DNA of 63,500 nt, filler included. It is 5 parts of 5 records of this genome, joined end to end, with 100 filler letters (N's around TTAATTAATTAA, not from the genome) between each part and the next. Parts side by side here need not be neighbours in the genome. Positions count along the whole stretch, not along the records: positions 46,882 to 52,612 come from SRR31156797_6898; positions 52,713 to 58,240 come from SRR31156797_6924; positions 58,341 to 63,500 come from SRR31156797_6991; 2 more parts are not named here. The stretch is one strand, 5' to 3'. The notes under the pieces were generated by a model that was not told where the DNA came from, ran no database searches, and saw only the letters and a list, made by a program, of their open reading frames with translations. Positions 49,478 to 59,677 of this stretch are shown one piece after another. The translations under genes were made by a program, and so were the position numbers. Position 1 is the stretch's first letter. Each line of letters starts with the position of its first letter.

Positions 49478-51307
49478 TTATTCCTGCTCTGAGAGGAATT
49501 CATCCAGGGCATCCTGGCGTTGTTCAACATGGGACAACAGGTATTCCAGGGCAGACTCAAACGAAACAGCAGAATCGATGAATGTATAGTTCTCGATCTC
49601 TCCTTCGGCGCCGGTTACGTAAGGTTGGATCAAATCGAATGCTGCCTGTAATCGCTGCTGGGTAGGTTCGATGACGAAGGCGGTATCCGCCACTTCAACC
49701 AGGTAGTTCAGGTAATCTTCCTGGTAGACTGGGTCCTGGATCAGATAGTAAATCAGTGGCCAATTCTCGGTGACTTCTTCCATCCCAAATGAAAGAGTTT
49801 GCATACCACCACCGGGTTTTTCGTCACCAGGAACATCGGCTTGTGCTGGTTCTATCATTCCTGCGCTGCCGCTTTCCATCATGGCCATGTTGTTGTCCCA
49901 TGGAATCCAGGACAATCTACCTGCATACTCGGTGTCTCCGTAGACGTAATAATTCTGTGCCATGACGCCATAGGTATCCCAGTTCTGTACCAGCGTGTTG
50001 GTTGCCAGCCAGCGGAGGAATCCCTGAACATCAAATACTGTTTCCAGCTCAGCACGCCAGGCAGCACGATCCACCTGATCTGCATGGATTGCATCGATTA
50101 CGGCCTGGACATCGGAGTAATCCTCTTCACTCTTGTTGTTTTCCTTATCGAAAGCTTCTTCGTTGAATTCAACCCAGGTAGATGTTGGCTTGTAGAGGTT
50201 ACCGTCTGAGTTTCCGAAGTGGCTCTCCAGCAGGGGATCGTCGGGGATTTCGGTCATGGTATAGAGACCAAAGTAGATTGGTCCATCGCCATGATCAATA
50301 TAGATCCGGTAGAAGGTCGTCATCGGGGCAGGCAGTCCGGCATCCCTGAAAATATCGTGGGCTACTTTTTCCCGAAGATACGAGTCGTCCAGACAGTTGC
50401 TTGCCAGGGACAGTTTCTTGAATCCGTAAAACCGCTGGTTGTCGATTACCGGGCTTGCATCTTCAAACTCGTCGAAGTCAAGGCGGAGCGGCAATTTGTA
50501 GATTCCTGCTCCCCATGTACTGGACAAAGTGGATTGGCCTTTGAAGCGGATTCCAACATTCCACCAGGTGTTGCCTTCAAACTCAACCATGCAGGGAGCC
50601 CAGATCGGATTTCGATCAGAGAGCTGAACATTGCCGATTCCCATGTCTGAGGCATCATCTGGCATGGCAGATGGATCAGGGAGCATGTTCCCCGATGGAT
50701 CGCCCGGTCCTGCCGGCGTTCCTTCCGGTACGCAATACAGGGTTTCATCAACCTGTGTGCAGGTACCTTCGATAGACATCTCATTAAGATTCATAGTGCA
50801 GGCATCTCCTTCGGCCTGTTCTTCGCAGACGGGCATCATGCCCTGGCCTCCTGGATTGGGAAAGCCATTTGAGTTCGTTTCGGGGTTCATGTCCGGTCTT
50901 TCGCCGTTATCGGGTTGTTCGCCTCCACCACCCATTCCGGATTGTGTGCCGAATTCCCCGTAGATGTCCGTCATGTCATCCAGCATGGCCTGCCAGTTTT
51001 CCGATGTGATTGTAATGTCCATTCGAAGTACGACATCCTGGGCAAATACCGTATCGTAATCCGGTTCAGCCTTGTTGCTGTGGGTTTTTTCTGCCCATCC
51101 TTCCGGGTGCCCATCGTCATCCAACGCCAGATCCGTTTCGACATAGACTTCAATCTGAGAGTCTTCCGAGCTGTTGGCATTGCTGTTTTCATCTGTCTCG
51201 CCAGACTGGGGTGATGTGGTAGAGCCTGTTGAAGTGGTGTTACAGGCGAATCCAACGCCAATGGCGAGGATCGTAACTGAAAGAATGAGCAGGCTTGAAT
51301 ACTTCAT
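49478..51307 (-). CDS. CotH-family atypical protein kinase, lipoprotein
   Basis: Lipobox GFAC; VGIRFKGQST, LPLRLDFD, YLREK, YFGLYTMTE, GNLYK, NWDTY...QNYY, WIPWDNN. Confidence 0.88.
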   Translation of the reverse strand: MKYSSLLILSVTILAIGVGFACNTTSTGSTTSPQSGETDENSNANSSEDSQIEVYVETDLALDDDGHPEGWAEKTHSNKAEPDYDTVFAQDVVLRMDITITSENWQAMLDDMTDIYGEFGTQSGMGGGGEQPDNGERPDMNPETNSNGFPNPGGQGMMPVCEEQAEGDACTMNLNEMSIEGTCTQVDETLYCVPEGTPAGPGDPSGNMLPDPSAMPDDASDMGIGNVQLSDRNPIWAPCMVEFEGNTWWNVGIRFKGQSTLSSTWGAGIYKLPLRLDFDEFEDASPVIDNQRFYGFKKLSLASNCLDDSYLREKVAHDIFRDAGLPAPMTTFYRIYIDHGDGPIYFGLYTMTEIPDDPLLESHFGNSDGNLYKPTSTWVEFNEEAFDKENNKSEEDYSDVQAVIDAIHADQVDRAAWRAELETVFDVQGFLRWLATNTLVQNWDTYGVMAQNYYVYGDTEYAGRLSWIPWDNNMAMMESGSAGMIEPAQADVPGDEKPGGGMQTLSFGMEEVTENWPLIYYLIQDPVYQEDYLNYLVEVADTAFVIEPTQQRLQAAFDLIQPYVTGAEGEIENYTFIDSAVSFESALEYLLSHVEQRQDALDEFLSEQE

Positions 51308-51680
51308 GATGTTGGTTCTCCAATGGTTCGCAACGAAATTTCATAAAAACTTCATTTCGGGTTCGAGGCTACTACTCTTATACGCGGACAGCAACGAAAA
51401 GCTTCAGGGGTTTTCTTTTCTTTACTTTAACATAAGTTTACAATTGGGATCGGACGTACGGATCGTTCCGGGACTTCATGCAGGAAATAGTGCCAGGTCA
51501 TGGCTTATTCTGACGACACTTGATTCATTGCTTCGCAATAAGGCTGTACTGTGATCAGGCAGTGGGCGTTTGGGGTCTTTTGTTGTGTCTTTCTGGATAT
51601 GAAGTGTTCTATTGCATATTCGTGTAAGCTGCAGATAATACAGACAGACAGCTGGAAATTCAGATGCGAGGTGACATGTT

Positions 51681-52511
51681 ATGCTGAGTTTTAAAATCAA
51701 TACTGCTTTGTGCCTTCGTTGCGGGCTATGTGCGAAAGATTGTCCGACACGGATCATTCAGGAGGATGATAACAGCCTTCCTTTTATTGCTACTGAGGAT
51801 GAGGAAAATTGTCTCGCATGTGAACACTGCCTGGCAATCTGTCCGACGGCCGCCTTGTCGATTTTCGGCAAAAGACCCGAAAACTCGATCCGCCTGGAAG
51901 GGGATGTTTTCCCATCACCAGAAAAAATGACGACACTTCTTCGCGGGCGACGAAGTATGCGTCACTACAAGAAGGAAAATGTCGATCGGGCTTTGATCGA
52001 TGAGATACTCGCGACGGTTGCGAATTGTCCAACTGGTGTGAACATGCGGAAGCTGACCTTTTCAGTGATCGATGATATGGACGCGATGGAGAACTTCCGT
52101 CAGGACACCATGAAAGACATCGCTCAGTTCGCGCAGGACCACGGACTGCCTGAACAGTTCAGTTACTTCCAGCGATATCTGGACGCCTGGGTTAAGCATG
52201 GAGCCGATGGTGTTTATCGCGGCGCTCCCCATATGCTTGTGGTTTCTTCCCCCATGGAAACACCGTGTTTCTATGAAGATGTCAGCCTTGCTCTGGCATA
52301 CTTTGAGCTACTAGCGACATGTCATGGTTTGGGAACGACATGGTGCGGACTCTTCAAGATGGTGATGGAAATGATTCCGCAGTACAAAGCCAGTGTTGGT
52401 CTTTCGAGTAAAGATTGGTATTATGCAATGCTGTTCGGAATACCCGATCACACGTATGCACGAACCGTTCAGCGGGATGATGCCGCAAAGATTCAGCGAA
52501 TCAAGTATTAA
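51681..52511 (+). CDS. Nitroreductase family protein with N-terminal 2x[4Fe-4S] ferredoxin domain
   Basis: CLRCGLCAKDCP and CLACEHCLAICP; RRSMRHY, PTGVN, GLGTTWCG. Confidence 0.92.
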   Translation: MLSFKINTALCLRCGLCAKDCPTRIIQEDDNSLPFIATEDEENCLACEHCLAICPTAALSIFGKRPENSIRLEGDVFPSPEKMTTLLRGRRSMRHYKKENVDRALIDEILATVANCPTGVNMRKLTFSVIDDMDAMENFRQDTMKDIAQFAQDHGLPEQFSYFQRYLDAWVKHGADGVYRGAPHMLVVSSPMETPCFYEDVSLALAYFELLATCHGLGTTWCGLFKMVMEMIPQYKASVGLSSKDWYYAMLFGIPDHTYARTVQRDDAAKIQRIKY

Positions 52512-52533
52512 ACGAAGTGTCAATACAACAAAC

Positions 52534-52570
52534 GGGCCGCCTGATCCAGGATCAGTCGGCCCATTTTCTT
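52534..52570 (+). terminator. Probable Rho-independent terminator
   Basis: GGGCCG(C)CTGATCC-A-GGATCAG(T)CGGCCC hairpin followed by ATTTTCTT. Confidence 0.65.
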
Positions 52571-52612
52571 GTTTCGTGCGTAGTGTTATCGACTCTGGCG
52601 CACCGTTTCGTA

Positions 52613-52712
52613 NNNNNNNNNNNNNNNNNNNNNNNNNNNNNNNNNNNNNNNNNNNNTTAATTAATTAANNNNNNNNNNNNNNNNNNNNNNNNNNNNNNNN
52701 NNNNNNNNNNNN
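52613..52712. other. Artificial contig linker
   Basis: N44-TTAATTAATTAA-N44. Confidence 0.99.
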
Positions 52713-55700
52713 ACTCCAGGCTGTTGCGACCGTTGGACCGGTGGAGCCGCCAGGAACTGTCGCCCTTCGTCACGAGCGCCTGCCACCGCCGATCGAAGGC
52801 ATCGATGCGGGCCCACACCGACACCGTGATGGCGCCGGTGACATCAAACGGAGCCTCATCGACAATACGTACGGACCCTTTCCCGGTTAGGAGAGCGCCG
52901 TCGATGCGACCGCCGCGCGGTTGCCACTGCCCGGTCCCACCAACCGTGCCCGTATGACCATTGCCGGATGCATCGGCCGCCGTCTCTCCCGACGTCTCAT
53001 CGAATCGCCACCAGCCCAGCAACCGGCCCGTCGAGAAACTCCACAGATGCCCTTGCGTATACGGCTTTCCGGAGGCGTAGCGCCCCGCGCGCGATTCGTA
53101 GTCTCCCCGCCACCGGGCCAGATCCGCTTCGGTGAGCCGGTCGATGGCCTTACTCTGCCATGATACGGCGGCCGCAAAATCCCCCACCTGCGCACAGACG
53201 GCCGCCAGCGTGGCGAGGCAGCGGTGATCCTCCCCGTTCGTAAGCTCGCACGCGCGCGTGGCGTTGGCGACGGCCTCAGCGTCATCGCGACGCTCCGGCT
53301 CCGGACAGGCCGCCTGGAGCCAGGCGAGATCGCAGCGTGCCCATATGTGGTTGGGATCGAGCCGGATGGTCATCGCGTAGTCGCTCATGACATCGCCGTA
53401 ATCTCGGCCGTGGTGCTTACCTTCTCTGCCACGCCGGTAGAAGGCCTCGGCGGCCGCGCCGCGAACCGGTTGGACCTTCTCACTCGCTTCGTTCGCCAAC
53501 AGGTAGCGTGCCGCCTCATCTATGTTGCCTTCTGCAAGATGGCCCCACAATCTGCCGACTTCCGTATCCGCTCCAACCAGAATCTTCTCGGCTTCGTAGA
53601 GCAGATTTCTTGGCGTGGCATCGCCATCATCACGTACGAGTCGACGTAACCGTTGCAGGTTGGCCTCAGCTTCTTGCTCGCGACCCTGTCGATGCAGTGA
53701 CATGGTGGCAACCGCCACCGCCGCACCGGACGGCTGGCGGCCAAGCGCATCGCAGAGATTCTCCACGGCCTCGAAGGTCTCGAGGGCATCGTTGTATTGG
53801 CCTTTCCGGTAGTAGGCCGCGCAGAGGGCGCCGACGCGGGTGACGAAGCCGCGCAGATGCGTGGGCGCATCGGCGCGGTAGGTTCCGCGTCGAATCGCCC
53901 GGGCCAAGTCATCGCAACTACGCCGCAGGTATTCTTCTTCCGTCAGCGCCGAGCGAACCCCCGCATGGATCGAATCGGCCGGGTCCAGATCGGCGACCCA
54001 GACCCCACCAAACCAGTCGCGAATCTCAATCGCGATCTGGGAGCCGTCGGGCGAAGGGCTGGCGAGCACCGCCGGGGCTGGGAAAAGTTGCCACGCCTGC
54101 CCCTGCTCGATGTCGAAGCTCCACAGGCCGAGTTCCGATTCGTGAACTCCCCCGGCCAGGACTTCCTTTCCGTTCGACGCCCAATTGAGAACCATGCCCC
54201 GCGCCCCCTCCGGCGGAGGCGCCACCCACGTTGCCTTCTCTATGCCACTGGAGATCTCCACCACAGAGAGACGATCCGCATCCGCATACGCCAGATACCT
54301 GGCATCGGGCGACACGGCAAAGTAGGGAGGACACGAACGCACCGGTGTCGGCTCTCCGGGAGGATCGTCAACGTCGATGGCATAGGCGGCACCACCAGCC
54401 TGATAGAACAATCGTCCGGCGTGGCGCGTCCAGATGGGCCAGGCCCCGTGCGCCAGATAGCGTGGCTGTCCACCGGCCGAAGGGATCACCCATAGCTCCG
54501 ACGCGCAGCCGGCCGGCCCACGGTCCGGCGCCCGGTCGAAGGCAATCCACTGGCCGTCCGGTGACCACGAGGATCCCTTGCACGAGGGCGCCAGAATTCG
54601 GACGCGCCCGCTCTCGACGTTCAACGCTTCCAGCCCGCCGGACTCGTAGATCAGCGGTGCCCCTGACGTGGAGGCCTGGCCCCGCGTGGCGTATCGATCC
54701 ATTCTGCCGTAGGTCAGTTCCTTGCCGTCGGGAGACCACGCCGGCAGTCCGAACGCCGATGGGATCAGGCATGTCCCGAAGCCCTGGCATACACGGTACT
54801 GTTCGATGGCGTTCTGCATCAGCGAGAACGGCCCCTCGCGCATGATGGCTTCTGGCAGGTCCAGGGCATGCCCCCGAATCAACAGCTTGAACGTGTGCCG
54901 AGAGATCCAGATCTTGAACTCCCAATCCTGATATCGAGGATGGACGGTAAGCTGCGCATATTGATTCCTCGCGGCCGGGTAGTCGCCCGCCAGGACCTGG
55001 GTCGTGAACAATTCGAACCCGCTACGGAGGCCACCAGCCTGCGACTTGGCGCCGTATTCGGCATCGCGCAGAGCGGCCTGATAGTCGCGCAGCTGGATGA
55101 GGGTCCGGCGGCGCTGATCGTGCAGCTCGGGCAGCTCGGCCGGCCTGTCACACAGGGCGATCGCACGATGGTGGTCCGCCATCGCGGTGCGGCCTTGTCC
55201 CGCTTCCCGCCGGGCAATGGCGCGCAGCGCATAGCCCAAGGCGTCTTTCGGCCTCATGACCACCATCGCCTCGGCATCGGTGGCCATCGCGGCGTAGTCC
55301 CGCACAGCATAGAACGTCAGGGCCCGGGCCTTGCGCGCCGGGTAGTAGCCCGGGTCCAGGGCGAGCGCCTTCGAAAGCCACTGGAGCGTCGATGTCGACC
55401 CGTCGGCGGTGATCCCGCGCAACGTGTAGGCCTCAGCGGTCTGCGGCAGCAGCGCTTCACCGGCCTGCTGGTGCGTGTGGGCCTTGTCGGGATTGCTGCC
55501 CATATGCATCGTTGCCAGCAGACAGTGAGCCGCCCCGGCGATCTCCGGAACCCCCTCCAATAGAGGCATCAGTTCGGCCTCCGCCGCATCGAATCGGTCG
55601 AGCACGTAGAGCAGATTCGCGTACAGCAAGTGTGCCTTCGGCTCGCCCGGCCCGCGCTGGAGGTAATTGTCCAACACCCCCAGCGCCTCTCGGTAGCGAC

Positions 55701-57006
55701 CCTCCGCCTGGAGCCGCTGCGCGGTGGAAAGCATGCGGTCGGCCGCAACGGTCGTCTCGAGTGTGACCACGGCCTTCTGCGCCTGCCGCACGCGGACATA
55801 CAGGTACGTGCTGGTGACGAAACCAACGAGCAGGATCGCCATCACAAACGCCGCGGTCGCCACTGGAACCCGGTGTTTGCGCAACAACTTGCAGAGGCGA
55901 TACGCAGCGGACTCCGGTCCGGCAATCAAAGGGACACCGGTGAGGTAGTTGCCGATGTCGTCACCGAACTCGTGGGCCGAATGGTAGCGGCGGGTGCGAT
56001 CCTTATGCATCGCCTTGAGAGGAATCCATTCCAGTTCGCTGTGCAGGCACCGGGTCAAGGCGGCCACATCGGTCCGGCGGCTGGCGGCAATGGCCCGCGC
56101 CCGTTCACCCAGCATCGAAAGGCGCGTGCTGGGCCTCAGCGGCTCTTCCTCGCGAATGATGCGCTGGATCTCATTGAAGGCCGCCGACCGGAGGGTATCC
56201 GGATCGAAAGGCAGGGCGCCGGTGAGCAATTCGTAGAGAACGGCGCCCAGCGAGTAGATATCGGTGCGCGTGTCGACGCCCAGGCCGCTCATCTCCGCCT
56301 GCTCCGGGCTCATGTACTCGGGCGTGCCAATCATCTCGGCGTAGCGCGTGAAGAGCGTCTGCTCGGTGAGTCGCTGGTCGGTGGCCTTGGCAATGCCGAA
56401 ATCGATGATCTTGGGCACGGGCTCACCGTCGTGGAGCGTCACCATGATGTTCGACGGCTTGAGGTCGCGATGGATGATCCCCTTCTGGTGCGCGTGGTGG
56501 ACCGCTTTGCAGATGGGGACAAACAACGCCAGCCGCTCCCGCGTGCTGAGCCTGTTCCGGTCGCAGTATTCCGTAATGGAGACGCCGCGAACCAGTTCCA
56601 TCACAAAGTACGGCCGCCCGGCCTCGGTCGCCCCGGCGTCAAAGACATACGCGATATTGGGGTGGTCCATCAAGGCCAGCGCCTGACGCTCGGCCTCGAA
56701 CCGGGCCACCACCTGCTTCGTGTCCATGCCCAGCTTGATGAGTTTCAGGGCCACGCGCCGGCGCAGGGGGACTTCCTGCTCGGCCATGTAGACCACCGCC
56801 ATGCCGCCCTCGCCAATCTTTTCCAGCAGCTTGTAGGGGCCAATGACCGTGCCCGGCTCCTCCAGCGGAACCGCGGGACCCCACGTCACCGCAGCGGCGT
56901 CCTCGGGTCGGGCCGCCAACTGCAGCAGACACTTCGGGCAGAAGCCCTCCGGCGCTTCGGCCGAGAGAGGGATGCCGCACTGAGGGCAGTGACTTTCCTG
57001 GCTCAT
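52713..57006 (-). CDS. Membrane Hanks-type Ser/Thr kinase: Zn-ribbon, kinase, TM, TPR, PD40/TolB-like propeller, TPR, LamG; 3' truncated
   Basis: Start [11 protein letters not shown] (RBS AGGAAAGG); [59 protein letters not shown] repeats; [10 protein letters not shown]...ITVSVW (LamG). Confidence 0.92.
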
Positions 57007-57152
57007 GGGCCCTTTCCTTGCTCTGGCGTTCGATTTTCTTATCTCACCGTATAGACACAGAAAACGCACGCCGATGTTACGGAGCGCCGATCCGATTTCC
57101 CGTTTTTACCATCAAGGTCCAGAGAGAAAGGTCGCACCGCCGCCGATCGTTA

Positions 57153-57899
57153 TCAGCTCAGGGCGGCGAAAAGTTCCGCAATTTCGCCCTCCAACTCTCC
57201 CGGCGACGCCACCGTCTCGGCCACCTCGGCCCGGATGCGCTCACGCAACCGGACGCGCATTCGGTGCACGGCGACCCGAACCGCGTTCTCGCTCATGCCC
57301 AGGGCAGCAGCCGCCTCCTCGTAGGACTCCGCCTCCTGGTCCTGCGTAATCCGGCCCTTAAGATGCTCGAACAACGCCAGTTTGCCCGCCGCTTCATATT
57401 CGCGTCGCAGCGCCTCCACACTGCGACTGATAACCGTCAACGCCCACGAACGCTGAAAGAGTCGCTCCGGGGTCAAGCTCTCATCCGAGGCCAGGCAATA
57501 GCGCCGTTCCGCATCTTCAACCTCCAGGGCCACGACCCGCCGTCCCCCGCCCCGTTTCTGCGCCTGGGCCCGCCGCCAGTCGTTGATCACGAGATTCTTC
57601 AGCGAGGCCAGCAGGAATGAACGGAATCGCTGCTTGCCCGGCTGAACATGCTCCAGGCCGTGCTTCTCCAGCAAATGCGCGAAGAAGGCCTGGGTGTGGT
57701 CCTCGGCCTGGTCCTTGGCATAGCCGCGCCGGCGCAGGTAGGCATACAAGGGAAACCAATAGTCTCGGCACAGCGATTCGAGGGCTCGCCGTGCCGCGGG
57801 CGATCCCGTCTTCCCCGCAGCGGCCGCTATGATCGTCCAGCGCGTGGTGGCGAACTGAGCGTGTCGAGACGAACCGAGACTCCCCGAATCCATGTGCAT
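57153..57899 (-). CDS. ECF sigma-70 factor of the kinase-associated type
   Basis: FATTRW N-terminal motif, LCRDYWFPLYAYLRR, AEDHTQAFF, RFRSFL, KRGGG, region 4 SYEEAAAALGMSENAVRVAVHRMR; immediately upstream of the kinase. Confidence 0.9.
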   Translation of the reverse strand: MHMDSGSLGSSRHAQFATTRWTIIAAAAGKTGSPAARRALESLCRDYWFPLYAYLRRRGYAKDQAEDHTQAFFAHLLEKHGLEHVQPGKQRFRSFLLASLKNLVINDWRRAQAQKRGGGRRVVALEVEDAERRYCLASDESLTPERLFQRSWALTVISRSVEALRREYEAAGKLALFEHLKGRITQDQEAESYEEAAAALGMSENAVRVAVHRMRVRLRERIRAEVAETVASPGELEGEIAELFAALS

Positions 57900-58015
57900 C
57901 TCCGAAACCGCGAACGGACCCTTGCCCGACCGTATTCAGGCAACACACCTATTCTACGCCAACAAGGGCCGCACGCAAGCCTGCCGACCCAAACAATGCA
58001 GGCCCCAGGCACACG

Positions 58016-58240
58016 CTACACGACTGCACTACTCCACGGCCAGGCCTCCGGAGACGTCACCAGACCAGCGGCCACGGGATTGTTGTGGATGTAGTCAACC
58101 GCCTGCCTGTAGTGCCGTTCATCACGAATGTAGCGATCCCAAAACTCCCGATGCCAAACCCCGGGACCGCCCCCGGGAACGCCGATCTCCCGATCGGCAT
58201 TTGTCTTGTTCTTGCCAATCAGGAGATTGGCGTTCCTGAG
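58016..58240 (-). mobile_element. REP-associated tyrosine transposase (RAYT, Y1 HUH), C-terminal fragment
   Basis: Hand translation (not in ORF track): ...VWHREFWDRYIRDERHYRQAVDYIHNNPVAAGLVTSPEAWPWSSAVV*, the typical RAYT C-terminus with the catalytic-Tyr motif YIxxNP. Confidence 0.85.
58175..58237. repeat. Inverted pair of REP-like palindromes inside the RAYT frame
   Basis: GGGAACGCCGATCTCCCGATCGGCA (+, 58175-58199) and AGGAACGCCAATCTCCTGATTGGCA (-, 58213-58237); each has an internal hairpin. Confidence 0.7.
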
Positions 58241-58340
58241 NNNNNNNNNNNNNNNNNNNNNNNNNNNNNNNNNNNNNNNNNNNNTTAATTAATTAANNNN
58301 NNNNNNNNNNNNNNNNNNNNNNNNNNNNNNNNNNNNNNNN
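58241..58340. other. Artificial contig linker
   Basis: N44-TTAATTAATTAA-N44. Confidence 0.99.
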
Positions 58341-58341
58341 A

Positions 58342-58548
58342 TCGAGGGCCGAAATAACGGATGCAGCCATGGCCAATCGGGCCGAGTGTGTAATGCTGAA
58401 CAAAGGGCATTACATTACAAAAGCGGTAAAAATGCTGGATAAGATATTACGGCGAATGCAACGTTTCCAGAAAAAAAAGGATACTTTATTGCCCAAACTT
58501 GAAAATGCAGAAGGATTAGAACTTTCGCACAAAGAGTTTGATGTTTAG
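58342..58548 (+). CDS. Pyruvate kinase family protein, C-terminal fragment
   Basis: Hand translation [22 protein letters not shown]... matches the PK motif PTRAEVTD...D/ECVMLS/N. Confidence 0.8.
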   Translation, partial: SRAEITDAAMANRAECVMLNKGHYITKAVKMLDKILRRMQRFQKKKDTLLPKLENAEGLELSHKEFDV

Positions 58549-59663
58549 TCGTCTTTGTGCACTTCGTATATTTTAACGGATCTGTCTTTCCCAAAAAACT
58601 TAACAAGATCAACATATTCGATCTTATACAGTTTTGTACTTTTTACCAGGCGTACTGCAAACTCGCGAGTAACCAAAATTTGTTTTTTATAACGTTTACA
58701 CTGCTTTTGAATTCGAGCAGCCGTATTTAGCACATCGCCATGAAAAGCCAATTCGCGTTTTACTTCTCCAACTTCTGTTGCCATAACTTTTCCTACATTT
58801 ATGGAAGCTGTAAAAACCGGAATCATTCCATATTTTTCCTCAAAATAGGCTTTCCGCTTACTCAATGCTTTTTTATACAAATAGAAAAAATCAACAGAAC
58901 GTTTGTAACACCTTCTCTTTTTGGCATCCCAGGTAATAACCACCTCATCTCCTACAAACTGATAAACCCTGCCACGGGTTGCCAACAAAGAATTGGAAAC
59001 ACACTTAAAACAATCCTGAATAAAATAACTATACAACTCGTGCCCCAGTTTTTCTGCCACCGCAGTTGACGACTGTAAATCCAAAAACATAAAAATATGT
59101 TCTTCCTCGCGGGGTTTCTGGTAATACCCCATCATAATTTTCCCCAAGGGAGCATAGCCAATCTGGTGCAACAAGGTATTAATTAACTGGTGTACATATC
59201 CTCCCACAAACAATACCAAAAGAAAAAACAAAATGGTTGAGTTAAATAAAAATCGTGGTAAATGCGAAACCGCTTCTAATAAAGAAAGATTCTTTTCTAC
59301 ACTATAATGTACGATTCCCAGCAAAACACTAATGGCGATAAAAACCATTGTGTCGAGCAGTACAACCCCAATAGCCAAACGACGAACTTTTAGGCTTTGT
59401 ATCAATCGGGGGTATATAAAATTAAGCGTAAACCAACTTATGGCTGCAAACACAGAAATAACCACCGATGAAAGTAATATCTCATCATACAGGAAATTCA
59501 TTCCTTTTGAAAGCATGTCGCCCATGTTATGATCGCGTGCTCCAAGCACTCGCATAAATATGGCAAAACGAATAACCAGGTTCCAATAGATTAATGTGAA
59601 AACCAACAGCTGAAGCTGGTAACGTCGCAAGGCATTTTTATATGTTCTGGTTAGTCTAGGCAT
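58545..59663 (-). CDS. Membrane-bound class III nucleotidyl cyclase
   Basis: About 4 N-terminal TMs; [31 protein letters not shown]. Confidence 0.9.
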   Translation of the reverse strand: MPRLTRTYKNALRRYQLQLLVFTLIYWNLVIRFAIFMRVLGARDHNMGDMLSKGMNFLYDEILLSSVVISVFAAISWFTLNFIYPRLIQSLKVRRLAIGVVLLDTMVFIAISVLLGIVHYSVEKNLSLLEAVSHLPRFLFNSTILFFLLVLFVGGYVHQLINTLLHQIGYAPLGKIMMGYYQKPREEEHIFMFLDLQSSTAVAEKLGHELYSYFIQDCFKCVSNSLLATRGRVYQFVGDEVVITWDAKKRRCYKRSVDFFYLYKKALSKRKAYFEEKYGMIPVFTASINVGKVMATEVGEVKRELAFHGDVLNTAARIQKQCKRYKKQILVTREFAVRLVKSTKLYKIEYVDLVKFFGKDRSVKIYEVHKDD

Positions 59664-59677
59664 TATTAATCCTAACG

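Noticed and set aside
49069-49560. 163-aa ORF downstream of cotH
   Set aside because: Overlaps the cotH 3' end in another frame and has no recognisable motifs; probably spurious.
55630-57054. 474-aa plus-strand ORF and other overlapping ORFs in the GC-rich contig
   Set aside because: Antisense or alternate-frame shadows of the kinase and sigma genes, expected at high GC.
26224-58340. Four identical TTAATTAATTAA motifs within N runs, and apparent neighbourhoods across them (e.g. CotH contig and kinase-like contig)
   Set aside because: Artificial concatenation linkers; the contigs differ in GC content and likely phylum, so cross-linker synteny is meaningless.
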